A DNA stretch of 64,000 nucleotides from Candidatus Bathyarchaeota archaeon (GCA_963775465.1 CAVZIW010000001.1:320001-384000); one strand, 5' to 3'. Positions 51,883-61,702 are shown, numbered from the stretch's first letter. The notes: a model not told the origin generated them from the letters alone. Numbers and translations are program-made.

Positions 51883-52521
51883 TTGTTTAGACCAATCGAT
51901 ATAGTTCAGTGTTTTCATAACGCGTTCAGAAGAGACATTTTTGAGATAGATGAAAGTGCCTTGAAGATCGCGAGTTTCAGCGGAGATATTGGTTTAGTAT
52001 TTGATAGGCTACATATTTTGGGTGAAATCTTGGACTATCATGCTAAAGGTGAGGAGGCAGCAGTTTTTCCAGCCGTCGACAAACTCAGACCTTTTGCTTC
52101 ACCAGGTTACCTATTTGATCATCACGAACTCGATAGCATGGTTGAAGCCTTGGAAGAGATCCGGAAAAAGCCCGATGTTTTGGCAACAGCTCGGGCAACG
52201 GCTGTGTTGCATTCGCATCTGCGAATACATTTAGATAAAGAAGATTTGTACCTTTATCCGATTCTAAGAGAACAAACGACAGATGACGAACAAGTAGCGG
52301 TTGGAATAATTATGTCGAGCAAAATACCACCGGAACGTTTTCCAGATCTCGCTCAGTGGTTGTTACCCTTGCTCAGTCTTAATGACCAAGTTATGGTGGT
52401 CAAAGGGTGGATGACGATGATGCCTCCACCGGTTTTCACGAATGCTAAGTTGCTAATTAGGAAGAACGTTGGAGATAATTGGGTTAAGATTGTTAATCTG
52501 ATTCCGCAATTATCTGAGTAG
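51883..52521 (+). CDS. Hemerythrin/HHE cation-binding domain protein
   Basis: HNAFRRD, HAKGEE..FP, DHH, HLDKED..YP. GGAGG SD. Confidence 0.88.
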   Translation: MFRPIDIVQCFHNAFRRDIFEIDESALKIASFSGDIGLVFDRLHILGEILDYHAKGEEAAVFPAVDKLRPFASPGYLFDHHELDSMVEALEEIRKKPDVLATARATAVLHSHLRIHLDKEDLYLYPILREQTTDDEQVAVGIIMSSKIPPERFPDLAQWLLPLLSLNDQVMVVKGWMTMMPPPVFTNAKLLIRKNVGDNWVKIVNLIPQLSE

Positions 52522-52694
52522 AAATAATTTCTGTTTTGGAGCTTAAGTTTTAACAAGACACATTCAATTCGTTTGAAAACGAGCTGTTATCTTCTTGAGA
52601 TAAATGCTTAGGAGATAAAAAATTGTCTAAGCAGAAAAGAGCAGTTAAATAACTCTGATCAGAATTATCACGATACGGACAGGGTTTTTAGCAA

Positions 52695-53609
52695 GTGGCA
52701 CCAAACGATATAAAAAAGGGAGCGATAATTGCCCAAGTTGCTTTCTTAATAGTTCTGGCTGTAGGAGTAGCAGAAGTTGTTGTTGCTTCATTTGCCACCA
52801 GCGTAGCGTTGCTGGCTGACGGAATCCAATCAATCGCCACTTCATTAATATTCCTAGTAGTATGGGTCGGCATAAAACTCTCGGAACGATCACCCGATGG
52901 CACCTTTCATTTCGGTTACTATCGGGTAGAAGCTTTGGGGAGTCTAATCGCCGCCTTCGTTTTGTCCATTTTTGGCGGTTTTGTTCTTTTCCAAGCTTAT
53001 GACTCATGGGTAACGAAGAGAACAGTTGCCAATGCAGAGATCGCTATCTTATTTGCAGCCATTTCTGCAGTGATTATTCTGTTAGCATCTGTTTGGATTA
53101 ACCGAACCTCAAAAAAAATAGGTTCAACAGCCCTGTTGGTTGGTGGGTTAAGTGGCGTGTTAGATGCGCTCTCATCAGTTGCCGTATTAATTGGAGTTGT
53201 TTCAAGTACGTATTTGGGTATATTACATGCAGATTCAATCGCAGGAATTCTGATTGCCGGAGCTATTTTTGTTGGTGCCTATTCAATTTTCAAGGAATCA
53301 TCTTTGGTGCTAGTTGACGCTTGTAGTTGCGGAGATTTAGTTGGTACAATTGGCGAAATAACAAGAAGCATTAAGGGCATAAAGGATGTTCACAATATTC
53401 GCATAAGAAAACTCGGACCTTACATTACAGGAGATATGCACGTAGTTGTTTCAAGTGATATGTTGGTTAAAGAAGCGGATCAAATTGCTACCCAAGTTGA
53501 AGAGAAGATAAAGGTGATGTTTGACAAAGTCTTGGATTTCAAGATTAGAATTGAATCTGACGAAGGTCACATCAGACATTCGAAAGAATTACCAATAGAT
53601 AGAAGCTGA
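52695..53609 (+). CDS. Cation diffusion facilitator (FieF-like) transporter
   Basis: SVALLADG, FHFGYYRVE, TM helices, C-terminal IRIRKLGP domain. Confidence 0.92.
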   Translation: MAPNDIKKGAIIAQVAFLIVLAVGVAEVVVASFATSVALLADGIQSIATSLIFLVVWVGIKLSERSPDGTFHFGYYRVEALGSLIAAFVLSIFGGFVLFQAYDSWVTKRTVANAEIAILFAAISAVIILLASVWINRTSKKIGSTALLVGGLSGVLDALSSVAVLIGVVSSTYLGILHADSIAGILIAGAIFVGAYSIFKESSLVLVDACSCGDLVGTIGEITRSIKGIKDVHNIRIRKLGPYITGDMHVVVSSDMLVKEADQIATQVEEKIKVMFDKVLDFKIRIESDEGHIRHSKELPIDRS

Positions 53610-53771
53610 ATCGGTCGGTGAAAGGCGACTTTGCTAATTATTGATCTTTTTAACATTATTGAATGATTTTGAGATAGTTATTTTGTTCTTGCCAATTTTT
53701 TTGAGTATAGTTTCTTAAAAGAACATGTTCTGAGAAGTCGGTTTGCAGGCCGACATTTGTCGTAGTTATGT

Positions 53772-53875
53772 ATTATCACAGATGTATTAATTGTGCTAGC
53801 AGCAGCCCTTCTTGTTGGCAAAATATTTGAGCGATTCTGTGTTTTCTTTCAGTGGTCGGGAAAATTGTAGGCTGA
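53772..53875 (+). pseudogene. Remnant of a cation:proton antiporter (CPA2/Kef-type) N-terminus
   Basis: IITDVLIVLAAALLVGKIFERF..[fs]SVVGKIVG* resembles antiporter TM1-2. No continuation. Confidence 0.5.
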
Positions 53876-53944
53876 AGTTAAATATTCTAACTAACTGCCG
53901 GATTGTCATTTGTGTAGGTAATTTTGTTCTAAGCTTAGAAAACC

Positions 53945-53983
53945 TTTATATGAATAGTTATTCATATGATAAATAATTCATGT
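53945..53983 (+). promoter_or_regulatory. SmtB/ArsR-type operator(s) overlapping TATA box
   Basis: Perfect ATATGAATA-GT-TATTCATAT at 53948-53967 and a degenerate copy at 53964-53983. TTTATA at 53945. Confidence 0.8.
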
Positions 53984-53994
53984 AAGGTGAATAT

Positions 53995-54315
53995 ATGAAA
54001 AAAGGATTAACCAACACATGCCACCGCTTCTTCACAAACTTAGCAAACCCAACTAGACTTGCCACCATAGAACAATTAATGCAAAGACCAATGAGTGTTA
54101 ACGAACTTGCAAACGCTCTTAATCAGGAACAAAGCATGATCTCACACAACCTCAAACCCTTACTCGAATGCAACCTTGTTACAAGTGAAAAATTGGGCAG
54201 AAAACACGTTTACACTTTAAACCAAGAAACCATCCTGCCCATCTTTTCCATAATTCAGAATCATGCACAAAAATATTGCCCTACAAACGGGAAATGTCTC
54301 AAAGGAGGAAAATAA
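53995..54315 (+). CDS. ArsR/SmtB family transcriptional regulator
   Basis: FFTNLANPTRL, SVNELA, QSMISHNL, C-terminal Cys pair. Confidence 0.92.
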   Translation: MKKGLTNTCHRFFTNLANPTRLATIEQLMQRPMSVNELANALNQEQSMISHNLKPLLECNLVTSEKLGRKHVYTLNQETILPIFSIIQNHAQKYCPTNGKCLKGGK

Positions 54316-54966
54316 ATGAAAAGAAAAATTGTAAATATAAACGAAGAACTCTGTAACGGATGTGGCAACTGTATTCCTAAATGTGTAGAAGGAGCTCTGC
54401 AAATAGTAAACGGCAAAGCAAAAATAATCAAAGACACATATTGCGACGGGTTGGGAGCTTGCCTGGGTGAGTGCCCGCAAGGTGCAATTACTATAACAGA
54501 ACGCGAAGCAGAAGCCTTTGATCAAGAAGAAGTGCACCAATACCTAAAAACAAAGGCAACCACAGCACAATTAACTCAAGTTCCAAAAAATTCAACTCCC
54601 CAAAAACCTCAGTGGCCAGTTAAATTGAATCTCGTTCCAGTTAAAGCTCCATTTTTCGATAACGCAAACCTGTTGTTAGCTGCTGATTGCGCACCTATTG
54701 CCGTTAAAAATTTTCATGACATGTTCATGCCACAGAAAAGAGTTATCATTGGGTGCCCAAAATTTGATGATGCTCGGGTTTATGCCCAGAAACTAACAGA
54801 AATCTTAAAACAAAATGACATCGCTTCCGTGACCGTTGTTCATATGGAGGTTCCTTGTTGCACTGGCTTGAAATGGGCTGTAAACAAGGCACTTGAACTA
54901 TCAGATAAGAAAATTCCAGTTAAAGAGTATGAGATAAAGATTGGAGGTGAAATTGTTGAGCTTTAA
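54316..54966 (+). CDS. 2x[4Fe-4S] ferredoxin-domain iron-sulfur protein
   Basis: CNGCGNCIPKC, CDGLGACLGECP, QWPVKL, AADC, GCPKFD, MEVPCC. Confidence 0.92.
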   Translation: MKRKIVNINEELCNGCGNCIPKCVEGALQIVNGKAKIIKDTYCDGLGACLGECPQGAITITEREAEAFDQEEVHQYLKTKATTAQLTQVPKNSTPQKPQWPVKLNLVPVKAPFFDNANLLLAADCAPIAVKNFHDMFMPQKRVIIGCPKFDDARVYAQKLTEILKQNDIASVTVVHMEVPCCTGLKWAVNKALELSDKKIPVKEYEIKIGGEIVEL

Positions 54967-55210
54967 TAATAAACCTCAAGAAAAAAACCCTCAAACTTGC
55001 CCTGGGTTGAGAGATCTGCTACAGCCTAAACCCTCATACATTAAGTGCCATGTTTGTGGAAGTGACTTAGAAATCTGGAGCGATGAGGACAAGACAACGT
55101 GTTCTGAATGTGGCGCGGAGTGGAAGCGTCCCGACAAGACTGCTGCTTGCTTAGAGTATTGTGAATTTGCCGACAAATGTAGAGGAATAATAGAATCAAG
55201 GAAAAACTGA
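54956..55210 (+). CDS. Cys-rich zinc-ribbon/Fe-S small protein
   Basis: CPG, CHVCG, EIWSDE, CSECG, CLEYCEFADKC. GGAGGTG SD. Confidence 0.82.
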   Translation: MSFNNKPQEKNPQTCPGLRDLLQPKPSYIKCHVCGSDLEIWSDEDKTTCSECGAEWKRPDKTAACLEYCEFADKCRGIIESRKN

Positions 55211-55240
55211 AAAATAGTCCCACTTTTTTGTTAAAGGCTC

Positions 55241-55265
55241 TCTCAATCCTGTGGATGGATTGAGA
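55241..55265. terminator. Hairpin downstream of the ArsR operon
   Basis: TCTCAATCC-7nt-GGATTGAGA, with a T-tract just upstream. Confidence 0.35.
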
Positions 55266-55314
55266 CAAGAAATTGTTCTATCTCAACAGTTTACTATTGT
55301 GTTAGGTTTCAGGT

Positions 55315-55508
55315 TTGGTTACTTTTGAATGCCATTTTTGTGGTGAAATACTTGAAGTTCAGCCCTATGACTGAATACATGGGCTCTTTCTCTTTAGTTC
55401 CGCCAATTGCTAGAAGCTTTCGTTGTAACAGAATAAAAGAAAAGCATCAATGTGAAAATTCGAAGTGCAAAAAGGACGCTAATGATTTTCTGGATTAAAG
55501 TCAATTGA
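55315..55508 (+). pseudogene. Decayed zinc-finger microprotein gene
   Basis: MVTFECHFCGEILEVQPYD*IH[fs]SLVPPIARSF..HQCENSKCK[fs]RTLMIFWIKVN*. Confidence 0.45.
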
Positions 55509-55732
55509 GTATTCTTTGCAGAATCTAAGACACTCACAATTGAATTATGAAAAGTAAAAGGAAAAATTCTATTTTTATTATCTTACCAAGTTTTTTTCAT
55601 ACTCTTGTCGCCGTAACGGGTATAGTTGCGATAAATTGTTGTTGGATAACTTAAACAACATAGTAATCGACACAATAGAGTGGCTATTTCAAATAACGAA
55701 AAATAAAGGCTGCTAGTAAAAATTAAGAGTCA

Positions 55733-56278
55733 CTATCTTCTACTGAGGTGCTCTTTGTATACTTCAGTTCGCCATTTCCTCTCCCAACTTGCCCATCCAG
55801 TTTTTACCAAGCCTTCTCTAACATGAGGATTCTCGGCGACCCATTCAACAAAATGCCAGAATCGCTGCTTACCATCTAATAAGTCCCTTGGCATACCTTT
55901 CTCCACACACCAACGAACATAAGCATCTTCAACGGTTTTTCGGAAATCACCAGTAGATTGGACTTCTTCAACCTTAAACCCCTTGTCCTGCAAGCGCCTA
56001 GCCACCGTAGACAAAATGTATTCTGAGCAGACCTTAAAACAAGTTTCAGAATCTGCTTGCATGACGTCCACCAACTCATCGGCAATCCGATCAGCCTCCG
56101 ACAGATACCTTTTATTTTTGAAATTAGGCGGTTGAAAACATTCAGTTGAAATTCTGCGTTCAAACACAATCGATTGAGGGGGCTTAATGGCACAAATAAC
56201 AACGCCTAACAAAAGATCACTCCATCCTGAAGCGTCGATTATAATCATTTTTCCCGGAAGGTAACAGTCCAGAGCCAA
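55733..56278 (-). CDS. Hypothetical protein, possible RNase H-like fold
   Basis: IIIDASGWSDLLLGVVI resembles the N-terminal strands of RNase HII-like proteins. C-terminal VKTGW. Confidence 0.65.
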   Translation of the reverse strand: MALDCYLPGKMIIIDASGWSDLLLGVVICAIKPPQSIVFERRISTECFQPPNFKNKRYLSEADRIADELVDVMQADSETCFKVCSEYILSTVARRLQDKGFKVEEVQSTGDFRKTVEDAYVRWCVEKGMPRDLLDGKQRFWHFVEWVAENPHVREGLVKTGWASWERKWRTEVYKEHLSRR

Positions 56279-56423
56279 AGATAATCCTCAGTTTTTTATC
56301 AATCGTAGTTTAGTACTATAACAGTTTAGCTATTTATCAACAATCATAAATCGAAAAATTTATTCAAGAGCAAACAAATAAATGTTCTTGACACATTCTA
56401 ATTGATTAGGAGTGCTATTTTTT

Positions 56424-56981
56424 ATGAGTGAAAAAAAGAAATCAACAAAAGATGCATCCAAACCTTCTGACATAACTATTTCAAAAAGTAAAACCCCAAA
56501 ACAAAAAAGAAAAACAAAAAGAGCCACCGCCATTAAGCCAGCGAGCCAGCAAGATGTCTGGCAAGCTTTCGATGATGCATTTGAAAGTTTCAGAAATGAT
56601 TTTGAAAACTTGCTTTTCCCAGTAAACGTTGATAGTATCCTTGCTCAGGTACCTGAAGTTCGAGTTCCAGCTGTAGATTTGGAAGATAGAGAAAAAGACT
56701 TCCTCTTAAAAGCTGAAATGCCTGGTTTTAAAAAAGAAGATATCGAAATTTCTGTTGCTGAAGACGGAGTCGAAATTTCAGGGATGGCAGGTTGGAAGTA
56801 CAGCGAAAAAGAACAGGATTATATCTGCAAAGAAAGAGCTTGCAAGTCCTTCTACCGTTACGTTGATTTACCTGAAGAAATCAAAGTTGATGATGTAGAC
56901 GCTATGATAAACGATGGTGTACTCGAGGTAATACTGCCCAAAAAACAACCGAAGAAAACACGAAAGGTCAGTATAAAATAA
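56424..56981 (+). CDS. hsp20: Hsp20/alpha-crystallin small heat-shock protein
   Basis: PAVDL, AEMPGFKKEDI, FYRYVDLP, DGVLEVILPK. Confidence 0.94.
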   Translation: MSEKKKSTKDASKPSDITISKSKTPKQKRKTKRATAIKPASQQDVWQAFDDAFESFRNDFENLLFPVNVDSILAQVPEVRVPAVDLEDREKDFLLKAEMPGFKKEDIEISVAEDGVEISGMAGWKYSEKEQDYICKERACKSFYRYVDLPEEIKVDDVDAMINDGVLEVILPKKQPKKTRKVSIK

Positions 56982-57557
56982 TTTCACCCTTTTTTATTTG
57001 TCTGTTCTGTAACTAGTTCGAGTTGTTTCAGCCAACATTTTTGCTTCGTTTTGGCGTAATTTTTTTTCTTTGAGGATGGGTTATTGTTGAGTGTTCCCAT
57101 CCAATCTTTTGGTGGCGGGGAGGTTTGCTTTTTTGGTTCTGAATGTTTTTCAGTTGCTGTTGGGATGGGAGATGTGTTTTTTTGTTTGTAATCTATGCTG
57201 GGTTAGGTTGGATGGGATGAGGATGGGGGAGCTTGTCGTATTTCTATGAAGGGTGGACTATATTTAGAAACATTGGTAAAACTAACCATTAGAGCTAAAT
57301 ATTCAGTGAATATTGACTCCTCAGCTTGTCTTTCGTTCTAACTCTGGTCAAAGAGGTGTAGTCGATTTTTCCGACTTAAAAATCTTTGAGAATACTTTGT
57401 TTTGGATATATTCTATTCTAAGTAATAATTATCTAAATCAAATAATTCTTCAAAGAAATATCGCTTTTATTTCAACAACCTCAAATTGAATTTACTGGAT
57501 GAACTTTATGCTGAAAGGAGATATGAAGGCTAATAGTCAAGAGAAGCTTGCAGAAAG

Positions 57558-57872
57558 ATGCCGGAAAGCGTTAGAAAAAAGCTATGGCATGGAAATTCCA
57601 ATGCCGAAAAGCAAACCAAAGAGACACCGGTTATTCAAAAGAGGCGTCTATTAATGAGCAAAGCGAGATTTATTGACTCAATAAAAGGCAAGAATCAAGT
57701 CATAAACGAGCCGGAAAAATTAAAAATTGTATCGAAGATAGAAGAAAAGAAAAGACTATCAAGTGAAGAGTTTCTCAAAACCTACGATTCATTATGGAAA
57801 GACGGCCCCTCGATTTCTTACAATAAACCTGAAGTCCGACTTAGAGAATTTAAGACTAAATCAGATGCATAA
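57558..57872 (+). CDS. Basic hypothetical protein
   Basis: 104-aa Lys-rich ORF. May start at the internal MSKARF. Confidence 0.5.
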   Translation: MPESVRKKLWHGNSNAEKQTKETPVIQKRRLLMSKARFIDSIKGKNQVINEPEKLKIVSKIEEKKRLSSEEFLKTYDSLWKDGPSISYNKPEVRLREFKTKSDA

Positions 57873-58121
57873 TTTGATGGAAAGCCCATAATTTCATAAC
57901 TATTTAACTTTGTCAATTTGCCTATCACGGCAGGGCTATTTTAACTATTCATTCTGATTTGAATCGTTCTATTTTGGGAACGATAAAAAGAAGACATTGA
58001 TGACTTATCGTCATTTAATTTCCTATTTAAAACTAAACAAAGTTTTTAAGTGTTTATACTATAGCAAGTAACACGATATAATAAAGTATTTGTGTTAGAC
58101 ACATTCAAGCGAGAGCGAAAA

Positions 58122-60074
58122 ATGGAACAACATTTAACTTCCGAAGTTCCGGCTTATGCCGCAATAATTGATACCTCAACCAAAAAAAATCTAGATAGAG
58201 AATCGCTAATTCAACTCCTCAGACGCCACAAAGTCAGAACCAGTTTCATTGAAAAAACCGAAACAAACATAGAAGACATAATCTCGGTGTTAAGGAAAGC
58301 AAAAACAAACTTGCCTCACACATTCTTTAAAGATCTAGCATCCAAAATGGAATTGCCATATATTAAACATCAAAGGATTAGAGAGCTGTATCAAGAAAAG
58401 AAAAATTCGGAATTATTGACTATCTTACCTTACCCAATCATAGTAAAATACAAAATTATTCCTATATCTATCAAAGGCACAAACATAGAATTAGCTGTAG
58501 ACAACCCATTAGATCCTAGAGTTTTAGTAGCAGCAAAATACTTGTTTGGAACTCGAATAATTAATCTTAACGTTGCTTCAACCAAATCGATTGAATGGGC
58601 AATAGACAAAATTTATAATAAAATCCACAAAGATAAAGCAATGCTTGATTTATACAATCGTTCTCCAGATCAATCTGCATATAGAGTTGTGTATCCAAAG
58701 CAAAAATATCTTATAATTGCTGCAATCTCGACAATAATCGTAGGCAGCGTCATAAGTCCTTTAATTACTTTAATCGTTTTATTTTCTTTTGTCAGTTTTG
58801 TCTATTTTATAGTTAACCCAGTTAAAATTTACGTATCTTTTAGGGGATTTCGAGGAGCAAGAACGTCAACAAGCATTTCAGATGGGCGGGTTTCAGATAA
58901 AGATCTCCCAACTTACACAATTTTGATCCCAGTTTTTCATGAAGCTGAAGTGCTTGCTCAAATTTTAAGAAATATTTATCGCATAAACTACCCAAAAGAA
59001 AAGTTGGATATTAAAATCTTGATGGAAGAAAAGGACGAGGAGACAATAGCTGAAGCAAAACTTCTAGGCTTATTTGGCTCCGCTAAGAAATTTGTAGAAG
59101 GTATTCCAAAGAAAGAATATATTGATTTTTTAAAATGTTTTGATCCAATAATTGTACCCGCTGCCAAAATAACAACAAAACCTAGAGCGTGCAACTATGG
59201 CCTGTTGAGATCAAAAGGAAAATTATGTGTAATCTATGACGCCGAAGATGACCCAAACCCAGATCAGCTGAGAAAAGCAGCAACAGTTTTTCTTAATTCA
59301 AGTAAAGATGTTGCGTGTTTGCAGTCTAAACTCAACTTCTATAACGCAGACGAAAACATCCTTACAAAATGGTTCTCGATAGAATATGCGAATTGGTTTG
59401 AGTTCTATTTGCAGGGGCTTGATTGGATAGAAGCCCCAATTCCATTAGGCGGGACAAGCAACCATTTTCGAAAAGAATGCTTAGACGCTCTTGGCAGATG
59501 GGATCCATACAACGTTACGGAAGACGCTGATATTGGGATAAGGTTAGCTCGTCAGAAACTAAAAACTGAAATAATTGATTCATACACGTACGAGGAAGCA
59601 ACAAAATCCATCAGAAGTTGGGTTAAGCAGAGGTCAAGATGGTACAAAGGACACCTTCAAACTTATCTTGTTCACATGCGTAATCCAGCAGGTCTTTTAA
59701 AAGATTTAGGGCTCGCAAAATTTGCGAAGTTACAACTGACTTTCGGAGCGGGAGTTTTTATGCCTGTAATAAATCCCCTTCTGTGGATTTTTACTGCTGT
59801 TGCCTTTTTAGTTCCTGCACATTTTAGTTTTCTTTCGTCAAGCATACTTCAGTTGATATGCATTACTAATCTTTTGATTGGAAATCTTTCCTATTTAGCA
59901 ATATACACTATGTCTTGTATGAAACTGAAAAAAAATCGGTTGATTCCTTATGCCTTGGTGATGCCTCTATATTGGGCGCTCTTAAGTATAGCTAGTTGGA
60001 GAGGTTTAATTCAACTGATTATAAATCCTTTCTATTGGGACAAGACTAAACATGGATTGACAAAATTAAAATAA
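58122..60074 (+). CDS. GT2 glycosyltransferase with N-terminal T2SSE_N (GspE/PilB N-terminal-like) domain
   Basis: LASKMELPY..LP..YKIIP..LAVDNPLD..VAS..IEWAIDKIY, then TKPRACNYG, YDAED, TEDAD, QRSRW and TM helices. Confidence 0.9.
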   Translation: MEQHLTSEVPAYAAIIDTSTKKNLDRESLIQLLRRHKVRTSFIEKTETNIEDIISVLRKAKTNLPHTFFKDLASKMELPYIKHQRIRELYQEKKNSELLTILPYPIIVKYKIIPISIKGTNIELAVDNPLDPRVLVAAKYLFGTRIINLNVASTKSIEWAIDKIYNKIHKDKAMLDLYNRSPDQSAYRVVYPKQKYLIIAAISTIIVGSVISPLITLIVLFSFVSFVYFIVNPVKIYVSFRGFRGARTSTSISDGRVSDKDLPTYTILIPVFHEAEVLAQILRNIYRINYPKEKLDIKILMEEKDEETIAEAKLLGLFGSAKKFVEGIPKKEYIDFLKCFDPIIVPAAKITTKPRACNYGLLRSKGKLCVIYDAEDDPNPDQLRKAATVFLNSSKDVACLQSKLNFYNADENILTKWFSIEYANWFEFYLQGLDWIEAPIPLGGTSNHFRKECLDALGRWDPYNVTEDADIGIRLARQKLKTEIIDSYTYEEATKSIRSWVKQRSRWYKGHLQTYLVHMRNPAGLLKDLGLAKFAKLQLTFGAGVFMPVINPLLWIFTAVAFLVPAHFSFLSSSILQLICITNLLIGNLSYLAIYTMSCMKLKKNRLIPYALVMPLYWALLSIASWRGLIQLIINPFYWDKTKHGLTKLK

Positions 60075-60393
60075 GCAAGAAAATAAATTCTTTATAAATA
60101 TTCTTTTTTGCCCTCTGAATGGAATAACTTTTTTGAAGTTAGTTTCATTGGTGTTTGTCTCTTTTTCTGCAAGTTCATTAACTTTAAACAGGTGTTGATG
60201 TTGACCGTTTTAATTCTATGAAGATCTTAAGAGATCAAAGTATTGTTTGGATAGTAATTTTGAGACTTGTTTTGTAATCCGTTATCTTTTTCGTTCAACC
60301 CATATAATAGCAAATATTAATATTGAAGATTTACGATATTATTTGCAAGAGTCAAATTAATCTCATACAGAAATAATGATGAGGTGAATAAAA

Positions 60394-60804
60394 ACGAGTG
60401 AAGAGTCATCTTTAATTTGCCCAAACAAAGATTGCGGGAGAGCTTTCACAAAACCACTTTCTACACAAAACATAGAAAGAGACTCTAGAAAAACCTATAA
60501 TGCATGCCCTTATTGCCTAACGGAATTATCCTCAGATGAAATTGAGAATGAAGCACAAATAGAAAAAGAAGATTCTGAATCAGAACTTAAAGAAAAACAA
60601 TATTTTGAAAGTTCAGAAGACGAATACAAAGTATCAAATCAAGAAATAAATGTTGATAGCTTTAATCAAAATAACGAAAACAAATCAGAATGCAAATATC
60701 ATATAGGTTACTTAGGTGAAGAGAAACACGACCAAATACCTGATGAATGCTTGGTTTGCTTGAAAATAATTGAATGTATGCACCAAAAATCCAAGAATAA
60801 TTAA
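60394..60804 (+). CDS. 136-aa double Cys-cluster protein with acidic linker (ACG start)
   Basis: Not in ORF track. GAGGTGA SD then ACG, CPNKDC..ACPYC, E/D-rich linker, CKYHIGYLG..IPDECLVCLKIIECM. Confidence 0.8.
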   Translation, partial: TSEESSLICPNKDCGRAFTKPLSTQNIERDSRKTYNACPYCLTELSSDEIENEAQIEKEDSESELKEKQYFESSEDEYKVSNQEINVDSFNQNNENKSECKYHIGYLGEEKHDQIPDECLVCLKIIECMHQKSKNN

Positions 60805-61150
60805 GGATTGCCAATAGCAATAAACTTCAAAAAATCAAAATTCGAACAAGAGCGCACACAATACAAATCGCTGAAAGTTTCTATTCAGTCAGACTGCTAA
60901 TTCTAAATTCTCAGTGTTGAGAGGAATTTTACGCATAAGTTGCTTTTGCTCCAAAAGACAAATTTTCTTTTTAGCCAAATTATGTGGACAAATTTCATTT
61001 TGGTTATTTATCTTTCAAAAGACATAATTCCATATATTATATATTTATATACAAGATACGCGAAATAATTGTTGAATCGCCAATAGTGACTATGGATTCA
61101 TAGTGCTTATGTAGAAAATAAACAAAGTAAACAAGCAAACAGGTGTACAA

Positions 61151-61702
61151 ATGGCAAAATCTAGAGTAAAGATGAACAACCAAGAACGCGATAGAGTGTT
61201 TTTAGCTCTAGATACAATGAACGAGTTCGATGAATGCACCCAAAAAAAGGTCAACTTTCCATACAATAGAACATTTTCCACAAGGCGTGAAGAAGAAAAA
61301 AGAACAGAACAATCAGCGAGTTGTAATGAACCGAAATCTGAAGAATTTGATAGATTACTTCTTGAATCCATAGATGAAGCATTAGCATCATTAGGAGAGA
61401 CCGTAAAAAAATCAATATATCAACATCTGCAGAATGATTTCGGGATAAGGAAAAGCGAAATACCAACCGAGATCCTTGATTTTTCAGACATTATACATAA
61501 AATTTTTGGTCTAGGGGCAACTCCACTGGAAATTAAGTTTATGATGAACCTGAATTCAAAAATCAAAATTGAAGTTTACTGGCCTGAGACCAACGGACCA
61601 TGCTCCAGATGGTTTGTAACAGATTTATCATTCACAGAATATGTTGCCAACATGCGAAAAAACTATGCTGATGCTAAAAAAGGCTGCCGAGTCAAGCTAT
61701 AA
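61151..61702 (+). CDS. Hypothetical signalling-associated helical protein (DUF3227/NitrOD5-like, tentative)
   Basis: LLESIDEALASLGETVKKSIYQHL..FGIRKSEIP..IFGLGA. AGGTG SD. Lies upstream of the PAS kinase. Confidence 0.65.
   Translation: MAKSRVKMNNQERDRVFLALDTMNEFDECTQKKVNFPYNRTFSTRREEEKRTEQSASCNEPKSEEFDRLLLESIDEALASLGETVKKSIYQHLQNDFGIRKSEIPTEILDFSDIIHKIFGLGATPLEIKFMMNLNSKIKIEVYWPETNGPCSRWFVTDLSFTEYVANMRKNYADAKKGCRVKL

Noticed and set aside
55372-55374. In-frame TGA as selenocysteine or recoding
   Set aside because: Not at a Cys position and accompanied by frameshifts; TGA is an ordinary stop elsewhere in the window.
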